Shown piece by piece: positions 1 to 9,098 of a DNA stretch of 50,284 bases. Every line of letters starts with the position of its first letter. Positions within the stretch are counted from its first letter, which is position 1. The DNA is from Pseudolabrys sp. (GTDB taxonomy: Bacteria > Pseudomonadota > Alphaproteobacteria > Rhizobiales > Xanthobacteraceae), in NCBI GenBank assembly GCA_025451355.1, contig JANWKN010000024.1:1-50284 (forward strand), given 5' to 3'. The position numbers and the translations under genes were made by a program. The notes under the pieces were generated by a model. That model worked only from the letters and a program-made list of their open reading frames with translations, did no database searches and had not been told where the DNA came from.

Positions 1-95
1 GGACGTTGGCAATTCCTCGATCCGTCGATAGCACCCGGCACGATACGATTATCGGCGAGGCTAGCCTTGCCCGAGGCCCTCCGCTTTTTGCCTGA
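1..95 (+). CDS. 3' end of a probable DUF2946-like (CruR/CutF-type) leader peptide ending in RGPP; partial, start lies outside the window
   Basis: Frame open from nt 3: TLAIPRSVDSTRHDTIIGEASLARGPPLFA*, TGA at 93-95. RGPP lies 3 codons before the stop and 60 nt upstream of a copper-related operon. Not in the ORF track. Confidence 0.6.
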   Translation, partial: TLAIPRSVDSTRHDTIIGEASLARGPPLFA

Positions 96-149
96 CGTAG
101 CTGCCGCGGCCCAGCGCGGCCCACTTGTACCGTCATCGCGAAATTGGAG
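79..149 (+). promoter_or_regulatory. Predicted long mRNA hairpin sequestering the SD of the downstream gene
   Basis: Nested complementarity: CTCC(79-82)/GGAG(146-149), TTTTGC(86-91)/GCGAAA(138-143, one G-U), TGACG(93-97)/CGTCA(131-135), GCCGCG(103-108)/CGCGGC(115-120). Confidence 0.55.
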
Positions 150-155
150 CTTCCC

Positions 156-1155
156 ATGTTTAAAAACTCATGGCCTTTGGCCATGTTTGCTGCCGTCCTG
201 GCAGCGCCTGCCACCGCCGCGCTCGCCCATGAGATTGTTGGCAATCGTTTCTTCCCCGCCACCCTCGCTATCGACGACCCGGGCGTCACCGACGAGCTGG
301 CTTTGCCGACCATATCCATGTCGAAAACCGGAGATGATCCTTCGTTCAAACAACTAGACGTATCGGCCGAGTTCGCCAAACGTATTACCGAGGATTTCGC
401 GATCTCCATTGCGCCGACCTGGTCGCGGCTCTACGCGCCTGGCGGCCTGACGATAACGGCGCGCGCGGATTCCAGAATCTGGCGACGCTGTTCAAATATC
501 GTCTGTTCAAGAATGACGAACATGAGTTTGTGATGTCGGCTGGACTTGAGATCGAATGGGGCGGAAGCGGCGCGCAGGGCGTCGGCGCCGAGCGTTTCAA
601 CGTTTACACGCCCACAATTTTTTTCGGGAAGGGCTTCGGTGATTTCCCGGCAAGCCTGAACTGGGCGCGCCCATTCGCGGTTACCGGACAGGTCGGCTAT
701 TCGATTCCTGGCGTATCAAAAGTCGTCGGCGCGACTGTCGATCCTGACACCCTCGAGCAGGACATCGATACGGAGTACATCCCGCGCGTTCTCAACTGGG
801 GTGCCACGCTTCAATACAGTATGCCTTATCTGAAATCCGCAGTGGTGGATCTCGGGCTGCCTGATTTCATAAATCGGATGATCCCGATCGTCGAAGCTTC
901 GTTCCAGACGCCGGTATCGAATACGGCGACCTCCGGCGCCGTGACGACCGGCACGATCAATCATGGCATCATCTTTACCGGCAAAACCTACCAGGTGGCC
1001 GTCGAAGCGGTGATCCAGGTGAACCGCCAGAGCGGCACAAGTGTTGTATTATCGGCCAGTTGCACTTCTACCTTGACGATATATTCCCGAATACGCTCGG
1101 TCGACCCATCTTCGCCAGCAATACCAATACAGGGAGGCCGTTGCTCGGCCGCTAG
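156..1155 (+). pseudogene. Exported, probably outer-membrane beta-barrel protein upstream of copC, with two frameshifts
   Basis: Signal peptide ending ALA/HEIVGNRFFPATLAIDDPGV. Reading continues as GFQNLATLFKYRLFKNDEHEFVMSAG in the 530..1297 frame after about nt 457, then IIGQLHFYLDDIFPNTLGRPIF...GR* in a third frame after about nt 1046. TAG at 1153-1155 lies just before the copC ATG. Confidence 0.65.
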
Positions 1156-1157
1156 CC

Positions 1158-1511
1158 ATGCGCATCATCTCAGCCATCGTATTTCTTCTCGCCGCTGCCG
1201 GCCCTGCTTTCCCACATGCTCACCTCGATCGCGCCGCTCCCGCGGTTGGAAGCACGGTCACGCCCGCACCGAAGGAGGTCGTGCTCTGGTTTACTAATCA
1301 GCTCGAGCCAGCCTTTAGCAGCATTGAGGTGCGCGACGAAAAAGGTGCCTCGGTCCAGGCGGGAAAGGCCGTTGTTGACCGCGGCGGTCGCACGCGAATG
1401 AGTGTACCGCTCAAGGCGTTGCCGCCGGGCACCTACAAGGTGATGTGGCGCGTATTGTCAGTCGACACGCACCGCACGCAGGGTGATTTCACCTTTCGCG
1501 TCGGTCCGTAG
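1158..1511 (+). CDS. copC: Periplasmic copper-binding protein CopC
   Basis: Signal peptide then HAHL; C-terminal WRVLSVDTH..G.F.F.V motif; no Met-rich Cu(I) loop. Confidence 0.92.
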   Translation: MRIISAIVFLLAAAGPAFPHAHLDRAAPAVGSTVTPAPKEVVLWFTNQLEPAFSSIEVRDEKGASVQAGKAVVDRGGRTRMSVPLKALPPGTYKVMWRVLSVDTHRTQGDFTFRVGP

Positions 1512-1529
1512 GGCGGAAGGCGCTTCTTC

Positions 1530-2780
1530 ATGGCCGATCCGTTGGTCTTCGTTCGCGGTGTGCATTTCGCCGCGACGCTGGTGGCATGCGGCACGGTTGG
1601 TTTCGTTCGGTTGGTGGCGGAGCCCACCAAGCCGCCTTCTGATTTCCGGCTGCTTCGCGACCGGCTGACGATTTTGACTTGGCTGGCGCTCGCAGTGGTC
1701 GTTCTGTCAGGCGCGGCCTGGATGGCTTTGCTTGCCGCCGACATTGTGGGGGCGCCGCTCGTCGATGTCTGCCTGCATGGCCGCGCCTGGCCCGTACTCT
1801 TCGAAACGCGCTTCGGTCTTGTCTGGTGCGCGCGGCTCGGGCTGGCGATCGCGCTGGCGCTTTTGCTTCTTCGTCCGGCGTTGAGGGTATCTCAGCTCGC
1901 GGCCGCAGCCCTTTTGCTCGCGCTGCCTGCAGTGGTCGGCCACGCAGGAGCGACACCTGGCCTAGCTGGAGACGTACATCTGCTGTCCGACACGCTGCAT
2001 TTGTTGGCGGCCGGGGCGTGGCTGGGCGGCCTACCGGCATTCGTCTGGTTGCTTTGGCAGGCCCGACGAGAGGCGAAACCCACCTGGGGCACCTTCGCAA
2101 TCCGGGCGACTCGACGCTTTTCGATTGTCAGCACTCTCAGCGTCGGTGTCTTGCTGGCGAGCGGGCTGGTCAACAGCTGGAACCTGTTGAGCGGGCCACG
2201 GGATCTCGTGAGCACCGACTATGGACGGCTAATTGCATTCAAAGTCGGCCTGTTCGCTGCCATGCTTGCCATCGCCGCAGTCAACAAGTTTTACCTGACA
2301 CCACGGCTGCCGGAACGCACTGCGATGCGCGCGCTGCAACGCAACAGCCTTGCCGAAATTTCTCTCGGCCTTTGTGTGCTGAGTTTCGTTGGAATACTTG
2401 GAACGCTGTCCCCGACAGCTCACACGCATGCAGCGCCCGAGGGTTCGCCGCCCGATGTTGCGTTCGTCCACATTCACGCCCCAGAAGCGATGACAGACGT
2501 GACCATCGCCCCAGGCCGGCCAGGATCTGTTAAGGCAACGATTCGCGTAATGCGCGTAGATCTCACTCTTTTCCCGGTAAAGGACGTACGCCTCCGTCTC
2601 GAACCACCGGCCGCAATCAGCCCGGCAATCGAACGGGACGCCGCGGAGCTGGCCGACGGGACTTGGCAGGTCAGCGGAATTACCATTCCCGAGCCCGGAA
2701 TCTGGACAGTCAAGGTCATCTTTACTCCGCAACCAGGAGAGACGATCGTGCTCGACGCCCCGATCGTGATCGAACGCTGA
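1530..2780 (+). CDS. copD: CopD family inner-membrane copper transport protein with a C-terminal soluble extension
   Basis: Multiple TM helices; GHAGA, LHLLAAGAWLGGL, RRFS, T.YGRL..K and AAVN motifs; follows copC. Confidence 0.88.
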   Translation: MADPLVFVRGVHFAATLVACGTVGFVRLVAEPTKPPSDFRLLRDRLTILTWLALAVVVLSGAAWMALLAADIVGAPLVDVCLHGRAWPVLFETRFGLVWCARLGLAIALALLLLRPALRVSQLAAAALLLALPAVVGHAGATPGLAGDVHLLSDTLHLLAAGAWLGGLPAFVWLLWQARREAKPTWGTFAIRATRRFSIVSTLSVGVLLASGLVNSWNLLSGPRDLVSTDYGRLIAFKVGLFAAMLAIAAVNKFYLTPRLPERTAMRALQRNSLAEISLGLCVLSFVGILGTLSPTAHTHAAPEGSPPDVAFVHIHAPEAMTDVTIAPGRPGSVKATIRVMRVDLTLFPVKDVRLRLEPPAAISPAIERDAAELADGTWQVSGITIPEPGIWTVKVIFTPQPGETIVLDAPIVIER

Positions 2781-2843
2781 ACTGTCACAAAAGTGCTGAC
2801 ACGCTTTCGACGATCGGGTAGCGTCGCCCAAGTCCGTACGAGC

Positions 2844-2992
2844 GGAACCCGGCGCAAGACCGGTTCCTAACCTGCGGTCCAAGTCTTGGGAGAGAAGCAA
2901 GTCCGGGCGCGAGAACCGCAGCCCACCCCAAAATTCGCCGGGGCAAAGGACATAGAAAGTGATGAGCAGGGCCCCGTGCCCTGCTCTTTTTT
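2844..2992 (+). ncRNA. Candidate structured sRNA (possibly alpha-r9/SmrC9-like, by position next to DUF1467)
   Basis: Hairpins at 2844-2867 and 2872-2921, then a terminator at 2964-2992; convergent with DUF1467. Family assignment rests on recalled synteny only, and the 5' end is uncertain. Confidence 0.45.
2964..2992 (+). terminator. Rho-independent terminator
   Basis: GAGCAGGGC-cccgt-GCCCTGCTC followed by T6. Confidence 0.85.
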
Positions 2993-3007
2993 GTGTGGCG
3001 AGTCAGC

Positions 3008-3280
3008 CTAGCGACGCGGTGGACCGGAAATCGCCATCAGCAGATCGTACGGGATCAGTCCCCGCGTGTACGCGACGTAGAGAATTCCAAAAATCACAGT
3101 GGCCACAAGCGTGGTCCAGCCCAACTTGTGCCACACCCGATGGATCGCCGGTGCGCCAGGATCTGTGCCCGGTGTGACCTCGCCACTTTCTTCCTGATTG
3201 CGTACGCCCCACGGCAACACCGCGAACAGCGTGACCCACCAGATCAGGAAATAAATAGCGATGGCGGTGGTCGTGCTCAT
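3008..3280 (-). CDS. DUF1467 family small membrane protein
   Basis: MSTTTAIAIYFLIWWVTLFAVLPWGVR...PGTDPGAP; usual position after mce. Confidence 0.85.
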   Translation of the reverse strand: MSTTTAIAIYFLIWWVTLFAVLPWGVRNQEESGEVTPGTDPGAPAIHRVWHKLGWTTLVATVIFGILYVAYTRGLIPYDLLMAISGPPRR

Positions 3281-3288
3281 CGCCAGCG

Positions 3289-3693
3289 TCAGGCCTGTTC
3301 CAGCTCGACCAACGTACCGCAAAAATCCTTAGGGTGAAGAAACAGGACCGGTCTGCCATGCGCGCCAATTTTCGGTTCGCCGTCGCCAAGAACGCGCGCG
3401 CCCAGCGCCTTGAGCTTGTCGCGAGCAATGCGAATGTCCGGGACTTCATAGCAAACGTGATGGATGCCGCCGTCGGGATTACGTTCGAGGAATTTCGCAA
3501 TAGGCGAGTCCACTCCCAATGGCTCAAGAAGTTCGATCTTGGTGTTCGGCAGACTGATGAATACTGTCGAAACCCCGTGATCGGGTTGCGCCACCTTGGC
3601 CGAAACCTCGGCACCCAGTGTGTCGCGGTAAACCTTGGAAGCTTTGGCAATATCGCTCACGGCGATGGCGAGGTGGTTGAGACGACCGATCAT
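3289..3693 (-). CDS. mce: Methylmalonyl-CoA epimerase
   Basis: LNHLAIAV, KIELLEPL, GGIHHVCYEV, GAHG.PVLFLHPKD motifs. Confidence 0.95.
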   Translation of the reverse strand: MIGRLNHLAIAVSDIAKASKVYRDTLGAEVSAKVAQPDHGVSTVFISLPNTKIELLEPLGVDSPIAKFLERNPDGGIHHVCYEVPDIRIARDKLKALGARVLGDGEPKIGAHGRPVLFLHPKDFCGTLVELEQA

Positions 3694-3718
3694 GTTTTAA
3701 CTGACTCCAGACTACTCA

Positions 3719-5386
3719 TCATACCGTCAAGACATGCACGTGGCACATCGGTTTCTTGCCCCAGCGCTGTGCAACGGCGACGCGGACGGCGCGGCGCAAC
3801 GCTTCGGCCACCGCATCGGGATCGCGTTTGCGCCCGCGCGGTAGCGACTCGAACGTTTCGATCAGAGCGTCTCGCACGGCTTCATACATGGACCCACCCT
3901 CGCGATCGCGCTCCGGAATGCCGATCAGATCAACCGATGGCTCTTCGACCATTTCGCCCCTGTCGGTGATCGCGAGAGCAACAGAAATCGTCCCAGCAAA
4001 GCTCAATCGCCTGCGGTCAGCGACCGTCCGCGATTCGGCATCGACCAACAGGCTGCCATCCTTGTAGATCCGCCCGGACGGGACCTCGTCGATAATGCGA
4101 ACCTGCGGGGAAAGCTGCACCAAATCCCCGTTGCGACATTGAATGACTTCGCGCACCCCGCAACGACGAGCAAGCGCCGCATGCTCATGTAGATGCAGCG
4201 CTTCACCGTGTACCGGAATGAGTACTTTTGGCTTTACCCAGCCGATGAGTTCTTCAAGTTCGGCACGACGCGGATGGCCCGACACGTGCACCAGATGAGT
4301 GCGATCGGTTATGACTTCGATGCCCTGCTCTATCAGCAGATTGATGACGCGACCGACCGCCTTTTCGTTTCCGGGAATTGTGCGGGCGGAATAGATCACC
4401 CGATCGCCCGCCGAGAATGTGACCTCCGGGTGTTGATCTTCGGCAATACGCGAAAGCGCGGCGCGCGGCTCGCCCTGACTGCCGGTACAAAGCGCAACGA
4501 CTTTGTTCGGGGGCAAATAGCCATAAGCATCGACGGGTCGAAAATCCTGGACACCTTCGAGATAGCCGGTCTCACGCGCAATTTGCACGATGCGTTCCAT
4601 GGCGCGGCCGATGATGACAACTTCGCGATCGGCAGCTCGTGCGGCATCCGCAACCGCACGCAGACGCGCCACGTTCGAGGCAAATGTGGTGACTGCGACT
4701 CGGCCCCGTGCGACCTTGACGAGTTCCGCGATCGTCTTTGCGACATCCAATTCCGACGGCGATCGACCTTCTCGCACCGCATTGGTCGAATCGCCGACCA
4801 ATGCGAGACAACCTTCCTCGCCGAGCGCGCGCAATTTCTTCTCATCGGTGGGATCACCTAGGATCGGGGTGGGATCGATCTTCCAGTCACCGGTGTGCAG
4901 GACCGTCCCGCCGGACGTGCGAATGATCAGCGCGTTCGATTCTGGAATCGAATGCGCCATCGTGACCAGCTCGATGTCGAACGGCCCCACATTGAACCGG
5001 CTGCCCAACGCGACCATGTTTACCGGAATCTTCGGCACCCCCGGCTCGCTCGCGCATTTCGCCTCTAGGAGTGCGGCCGTGAAAGGCGTCGCATAGATCG
5101 GTATATTCAGCCGCGGCCACAGATCGAGCAGCGCGCCAAAATGATCTTCATGCGCATGCGTAAGCACAAGGCCCGCACAATTTTTGCGCTCTTCAACCAG
5201 ATAGCGGACATCGGGCAGAATCAGATCCACCCCGGGGAGATGCTCCTCCGCCGCAAATGACACGCCGAGGTCAACGGCGAGCCAGGTGCGACGATGGGCG
5301 TCGCCCACCCCATAGATCGACAGGTTCATGCCGATCTCACCGACCCCACCCAGCGGCGCAAACAGAAGGTCTTGTGGCGCGGGCAT
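3719..5386 (-). CDS. rnj: Ribonuclease J
   Basis: PLGGVGEIGMN, THAHEDH, HTGDWK, TGSQGEP, HVSGH, PVHGE motifs. Confidence 0.95.
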   Translation of the reverse strand: MPAPQDLLFAPLGGVGEIGMNLSIYGVGDAHRRTWLAVDLGVSFAAEEHLPGVDLILPDVRYLVEERKNCAGLVLTHAHEDHFGALLDLWPRLNIPIYATPFTAALLEAKCASEPGVPKIPVNMVALGSRFNVGPFDIELVTMAHSIPESNALIIRTSGGTVLHTGDWKIDPTPILGDPTDEKKLRALGEEGCLALVGDSTNAVREGRSPSELDVAKTIAELVKVARGRVAVTTFASNVARLRAVADAARAADREVVIIGRAMERIVQIARETGYLEGVQDFRPVDAYGYLPPNKVVALCTGSQGEPRAALSRIAEDQHPEVTFSAGDRVIYSARTIPGNEKAVGRVINLLIEQGIEVITDRTHLVHVSGHPRRAELEELIGWVKPKVLIPVHGEALHLHEHAALARRCGVREVIQCRNGDLVQLSPQVRIIDEVPSGRIYKDGSLLVDAESRTVADRRRLSFAGTISVALAITDRGEMVEEPSVDLIGIPERDREGGSMYEAVRDALIETFESLPRGRKRDPDAVAEALRRAVRVAVAQRWGKKPMCHVHVLTV

Positions 5387-5388
5387 GG

Positions 5389-6144
5389 TCAGCGTCCACC
5401 AAAGCCAAAGACTTCGCCTGCGGCGATCGTTGTAACTCCTCCGGCCTGCTCGAGCATCAATCTCCCCGCGTCATCAAGCCCCTGGAAGCGGCCAGATATC
5501 TCGCGTCCTGGGAGTCGCACCTGCAGCGCTTCACCAAGGCCGACCGCGCGCTTGAGCCAATCAGTTCGAACGGCAGCAAAACCCTGGCCGCAGTTCCATT
5601 GCTTCAGACGCTCGCGCGCGGCGGCCACGACCGCGATGAATAACGCTTCGGGTGCAACCATTGCACCAACAGCAGCAAGGTCCGTCGCGGGATAGGCGGT
5701 GTTTTGCGGATGTGAGGCGCAATTGACCCCGATCCCGATCGCAACCGCAAAGGAAGGCTCGTTTTCACCCTCGATCAGAATGCCGGCGACTTTGGCCTTC
5801 TCGACGAGCAGGTCATTTGGCCATTTTAACTTCAGCAAAGGACCGAGCTGCTGTGCGCAGGCGGTTATGCCGTCGTGCAATGCAAGCGCCGCCACAAATG
5901 AAAGTTGCGGCGCCTGAGGGCTCGGCGATGGCTCAGTCAGCAAAAGCGTCGCGTAAAGATTGCCTGGTGGCGATACCCACTGGCTGCCGCGACGACCGCG
6001 GCCTGCGGTCTGAGTTTTCGCTGTGATCCACAACGGCCCGCGTTCGCCGGCGCGCGCACGCGACAGCGCCTCGGCGTTGGTCGAGCCGAGCGTCTGGTAG
6101 GATATGTGCCGGACCCCCGCCAGGTCCGTGGCTTCGCGGTCCAT
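5389..6144 (-). CDS. birA: Biotin--[acetyl-CoA-carboxylase] ligase (no HTH domain)
   Basis: STN, QTAGRGRRG..W.SP.GNL, LKWPND, KVAGILIE motifs. Confidence 0.93.
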   Translation of the reverse strand: MDREATDLAGVRHISYQTLGSTNAEALSRARAGERGPLWITAKTQTAGRGRRGSQWVSPPGNLYATLLLTEPSPSPQAPQLSFVAALALHDGITACAQQLGPLLKLKWPNDLLVEKAKVAGILIEGENEPSFAVAIGIGVNCASHPQNTAYPATDLAAVGAMVAPEALFIAVVAAARERLKQWNCGQGFAAVRTDWLKRAVGLGEALQVRLPGREISGRFQGLDDAGRLMLEQAGGVTTIAAGEVFGFGGR

Positions 6145-7584
6145 TCAAAACAACGATTTCGCCGCTACCGTTGCAGCACCAAGAAGCGGCGCCGGGTAGA
6201 CAAAGAAAAGTATGTTGACGAGTCCCGAGACTCCCAGGACTAGCCGCAAGAGTATCGGCATTGGTTCGAAGCCCTTCACCGGCTCGTCAAAATACATGAT
6301 CTTGACGATCGCGAGATAGTAGTAAGCGCCCACCACACTGCTGAGCACGCCGATGACCGCAAGGGTAAACAGCCCAGCCTTGATAGCGGCGAGGAATACG
6401 TAAAATTTCGCGAAGAAGCCCGCGAGCGGCGGAATCCCTGCAAGCGAAAACAGCAGTACGCCAAGGAAAAAGGCCATCGTCGGGTGCGTGCGCGCGAGCC
6501 CGGCCAGATCGCCGATGTTCTCCACAAATTTGCCGTCGCGCCGCATGGACAGAATGACGGCGAAGGTGCCGAGCGTCATCGCAACGTAGATGCTCATATA
6601 GACCAGAACGCCCTGGACGCCCTCGGGCGTCCCAGCGGCAAGTCCAACCAGCGCATAACCCATGTGGCCGATCGACGAGTAGGCCATCAGGCGCTTGATG
6701 TTGCGCTGTCCGATTGCGGCAAAGGCACCCAGCACCATCGATGCAATTGAAACAAACACCACGATCTGCTGCCATTGGTGCGTAATGCCGGGAAATGCCA
6801 CGACGGTCGCACGTGCGAAGATGGCGATGGCGGCGACCTTGGGCGCGGCCGCGAAGAACGCTGTGACGGGCGTGGGGGCACCTTCGTAGACGTCCGGTGT
6901 CCACATATGGAATGGCACCGCAGAAATCTTGAAACAGAAGCCAACAAACAGGAACACCAGACCGAAGATCAGCCCGATGCTTGCACCGCTCTGCGTTGCC
7001 TTGGCGATACCGGTGAAATTGACGGTTCCCGTGAAACCATAAATCAGCGAAGCGCCATAGAGCAGCATTCCGGATGAGAGCGCGCCGAGCACGAAATATT
7101 TGAGCCCCGCCTCCGTCGATCTTGTGTTCTCCCGGTTCGACGCCGCGATCACGTAGAGCGGCAGGCTCATCAGTTCGAGGCCTAGGTAAAGGGCAATCAG
7201 ATCGGAGGCCGAGATCAACATCAACATGCCGAGAGTTGCCAGCAGGAACAGCGTGCCGTACTCGAATTTCTGCTGCTTCTCGAGGGTTAGATAGTCGAGC
7301 GACAGCAGGAGCGCGCCGCCGGACCCGATCAGCGTCAGGATCTTGAGGAAGCGGGCATACTCGTCGACCAGGAAACTCCCGCCGAACATTACGTGAGGAC
7401 CGCGCGGAAGCCAGAGCAGGGCGGCGGCCGCCAGCGCCAAGATGACCACGCACCAACCATTCACGACCGCAGAACTGCGCTCCCCGATCATCGCGCCGAT
7501 CATGAGCATCAGCATCGCGCCGCACGCGAGTATGAGCTCAGGCAGCAGCGGCAACAAATCCTGTAAGGCAAGCAACTGGGTCAT
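6145..7584 (-). CDS. nuoN: NADH-quinone oxidoreductase subunit N
   Basis: [36 protein letters not shown]; start placed at MTQLLAL after the nuoM stop. Confidence 0.95.
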   Translation of the reverse strand: MTQLLALQDLLPLLPELILACGAMLMLMIGAMIGERSSAVVNGWCVVILALAAAALLWLPRGPHVMFGGSFLVDEYARFLKILTLIGSGGALLLSLDYLTLEKQQKFEYGTLFLLATLGMLMLISASDLIALYLGLELMSLPLYVIAASNRENTRSTEAGLKYFVLGALSSGMLLYGASLIYGFTGTVNFTGIAKATQSGASIGLIFGLVFLFVGFCFKISAVPFHMWTPDVYEGAPTPVTAFFAAAPKVAAIAIFARATVVAFPGITHQWQQIVVFVSIASMVLGAFAAIGQRNIKRLMAYSSIGHMGYALVGLAAGTPEGVQGVLVYMSIYVAMTLGTFAVILSMRRDGKFVENIGDLAGLARTHPTMAFFLGVLLFSLAGIPPLAGFFAKFYVFLAAIKAGLFTLAVIGVLSSVVGAYYYLAIVKIMYFDEPVKGFEPMPILLRLVLGVSGLVNILFFVYPAPLLGAATVAAKSLF

Positions 7585-7592
7585 GGCCTCGC

Positions 7593-9098
7593 CTATTGCG
7601 CCAGGAGCGCGGCTGTTTTGGCCGCGGCGATCGCGTGATTGTAGTTCTCGAGCAGCTGGGCGACTGAAGCCGCCGACATGTCCAGAACTGGCTTGGGCGC
7701 AACACCGAACAGGATGGTGAGTACGACCAGGGGTGCAAAAATCACGCATTCGCGCCAGCCGATATCGCGGATGCCTTCAAGCGAAGGCTTGAGGGTGCCC
7801 AAGATCATTTTCCGGTAGAGCCACAGTGCATAGGCCGCGGACAGAATGACCCCGAACGTCGCAAGCGTGGCGACCGGAATGTTGACCTTGAAAGTTCCGA
7901 TCAGCGAAAGGAATTCGCCGATGAATCCCGACGTCCCCGGCAATCCAACATTTGCGAGCGTGAAAACCATGAAAACGAACGCATATAGCGGCATTCGGTT
8001 GACCAGCCCGCCATAGGCAGCGATCTCGCGCGTGTGCATCCGGTCGTAAACCACGCCGACGCAGAGAAACAGCGCTCCGGAAACGATGCCGTGGGAGATC
8101 ATTTGGAAGATGCCGCCGGCGACGCCCTGGGTGGTGGCAGCGAAGATGCCCATGGTGACAAAGCCCATGTGGGCCACCGAAGAGTAAGCGATTAGTTTTT
8201 TCACGTCCTCCTGCATCAGCGCTACCAGCGAGGTGTAGATAATGGCGACAACCGAGAGCGTGAAAATCAACGGCGCAAACTCGTGGCTCGCGGCCGGGAA
8301 CATCGGCAGCGAGAAGCGCAGGAAGCCGTAACCACCCATCTTCAAAAGGATGGCAGCCAGGATCACCGAGCCCGCAGTCGGCGCCTCGACATGCGCGTCG
8401 GGTAGCCAGGTATGCACCGGCCACATCGGCATCTTCACCGCAAACGAAGCGAAGAATGCAAACCAAGCCCATTTCTGCAGGCCAATGGGAAATCCGTGCC
8501 GCAGCAGCACGGCGATGTCCGTGGTGCCAGCCTGCCAGTACATCGCCATGATGGCGAGCAACATCAGCACGGAGCCGAGCAGCGTGTAGAGGAAGAACTT
8601 GAAGCTGGCATAGACACGGCGCGATCCGCCCCAGATGCCGATGATCAAGAACATCGGAATCAGACCGCCCTCGAAGAACAGATAGAACAAGACCAGGTCG
8701 AGAGCCGAGAAAGTCCCGACCATCAACGTCTCCAAGACGAGGAAGGCGATCATGTATTCCTTCACGCGGGTCTGGATCGCGGTCCAACTCGCGAGAATGC
8801 AGATCGGCATCAGCGCGGTCGTGAGAATTACAAAGGGCAATGAAATGCCGTCCACGCCCATGTGGTACGACGCGATGCCGAGCCAGTTATGCTTCTCAAC
8901 GAACTGAAATTCCGGCGAGCCGCCGTCAAAGCGCCAGACCATCACCAACGAAATGGCGAATGTTACCAGCGTTGCCCACAGCGCTATCCAGCGTGCGGTG
9001 CCGCGCGCCCATCGCTCGTTGCCCCGCACAAACAGCGCGACCAGCAATGCGCCGAGGAGCGGCAGGAACGTAACGACGGAGAGAATTGGCCAATTCAT
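7593..9098 (-). CDS. nuoM: NADH-quinone oxidoreductase subunit M
   Basis: [40 protein letters not shown]; TGATG overlap with nuoL. Confidence 0.96.
   Translation of the reverse strand: MNWPILSVVTFLPLLGALLVALFVRGNERWARGTARWIALWATLVTFAISLVMVWRFDGGSPEFQFVEKHNWLGIASYHMGVDGISLPFVILTTALMPICILASWTAIQTRVKEYMIAFLVLETLMVGTFSALDLVLFYLFFEGGLIPMFLIIGIWGGSRRVYASFKFFLYTLLGSVLMLLAIMAMYWQAGTTDIAVLLRHGFPIGLQKWAWFAFFASFAVKMPMWPVHTWLPDAHVEAPTAGSVILAAILLKMGGYGFLRFSLPMFPAASHEFAPLIFTLSVVAIIYTSLVALMQEDVKKLIAYSSVAHMGFVTMGIFAATTQGVAGGIFQMISHGIVSGALFLCVGVVYDRMHTREIAAYGGLVNRMPLYAFVFMVFTLANVGLPGTSGFIGEFLSLIGTFKVNIPVATLATFGVILSAAYALWLYRKMILGTLKPSLEGIRDIGWRECVIFAPLVVLTILFGVAPKPVLDMSAASVAQLLENYNHAIAAAKTAALLAQ

Noticed and set aside
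1047-1297. C-terminal part of track ORF 530..1297
   Set aside because: Out-of-frame read-through over copC after the frameshift; the protein-like frame stops at 1155
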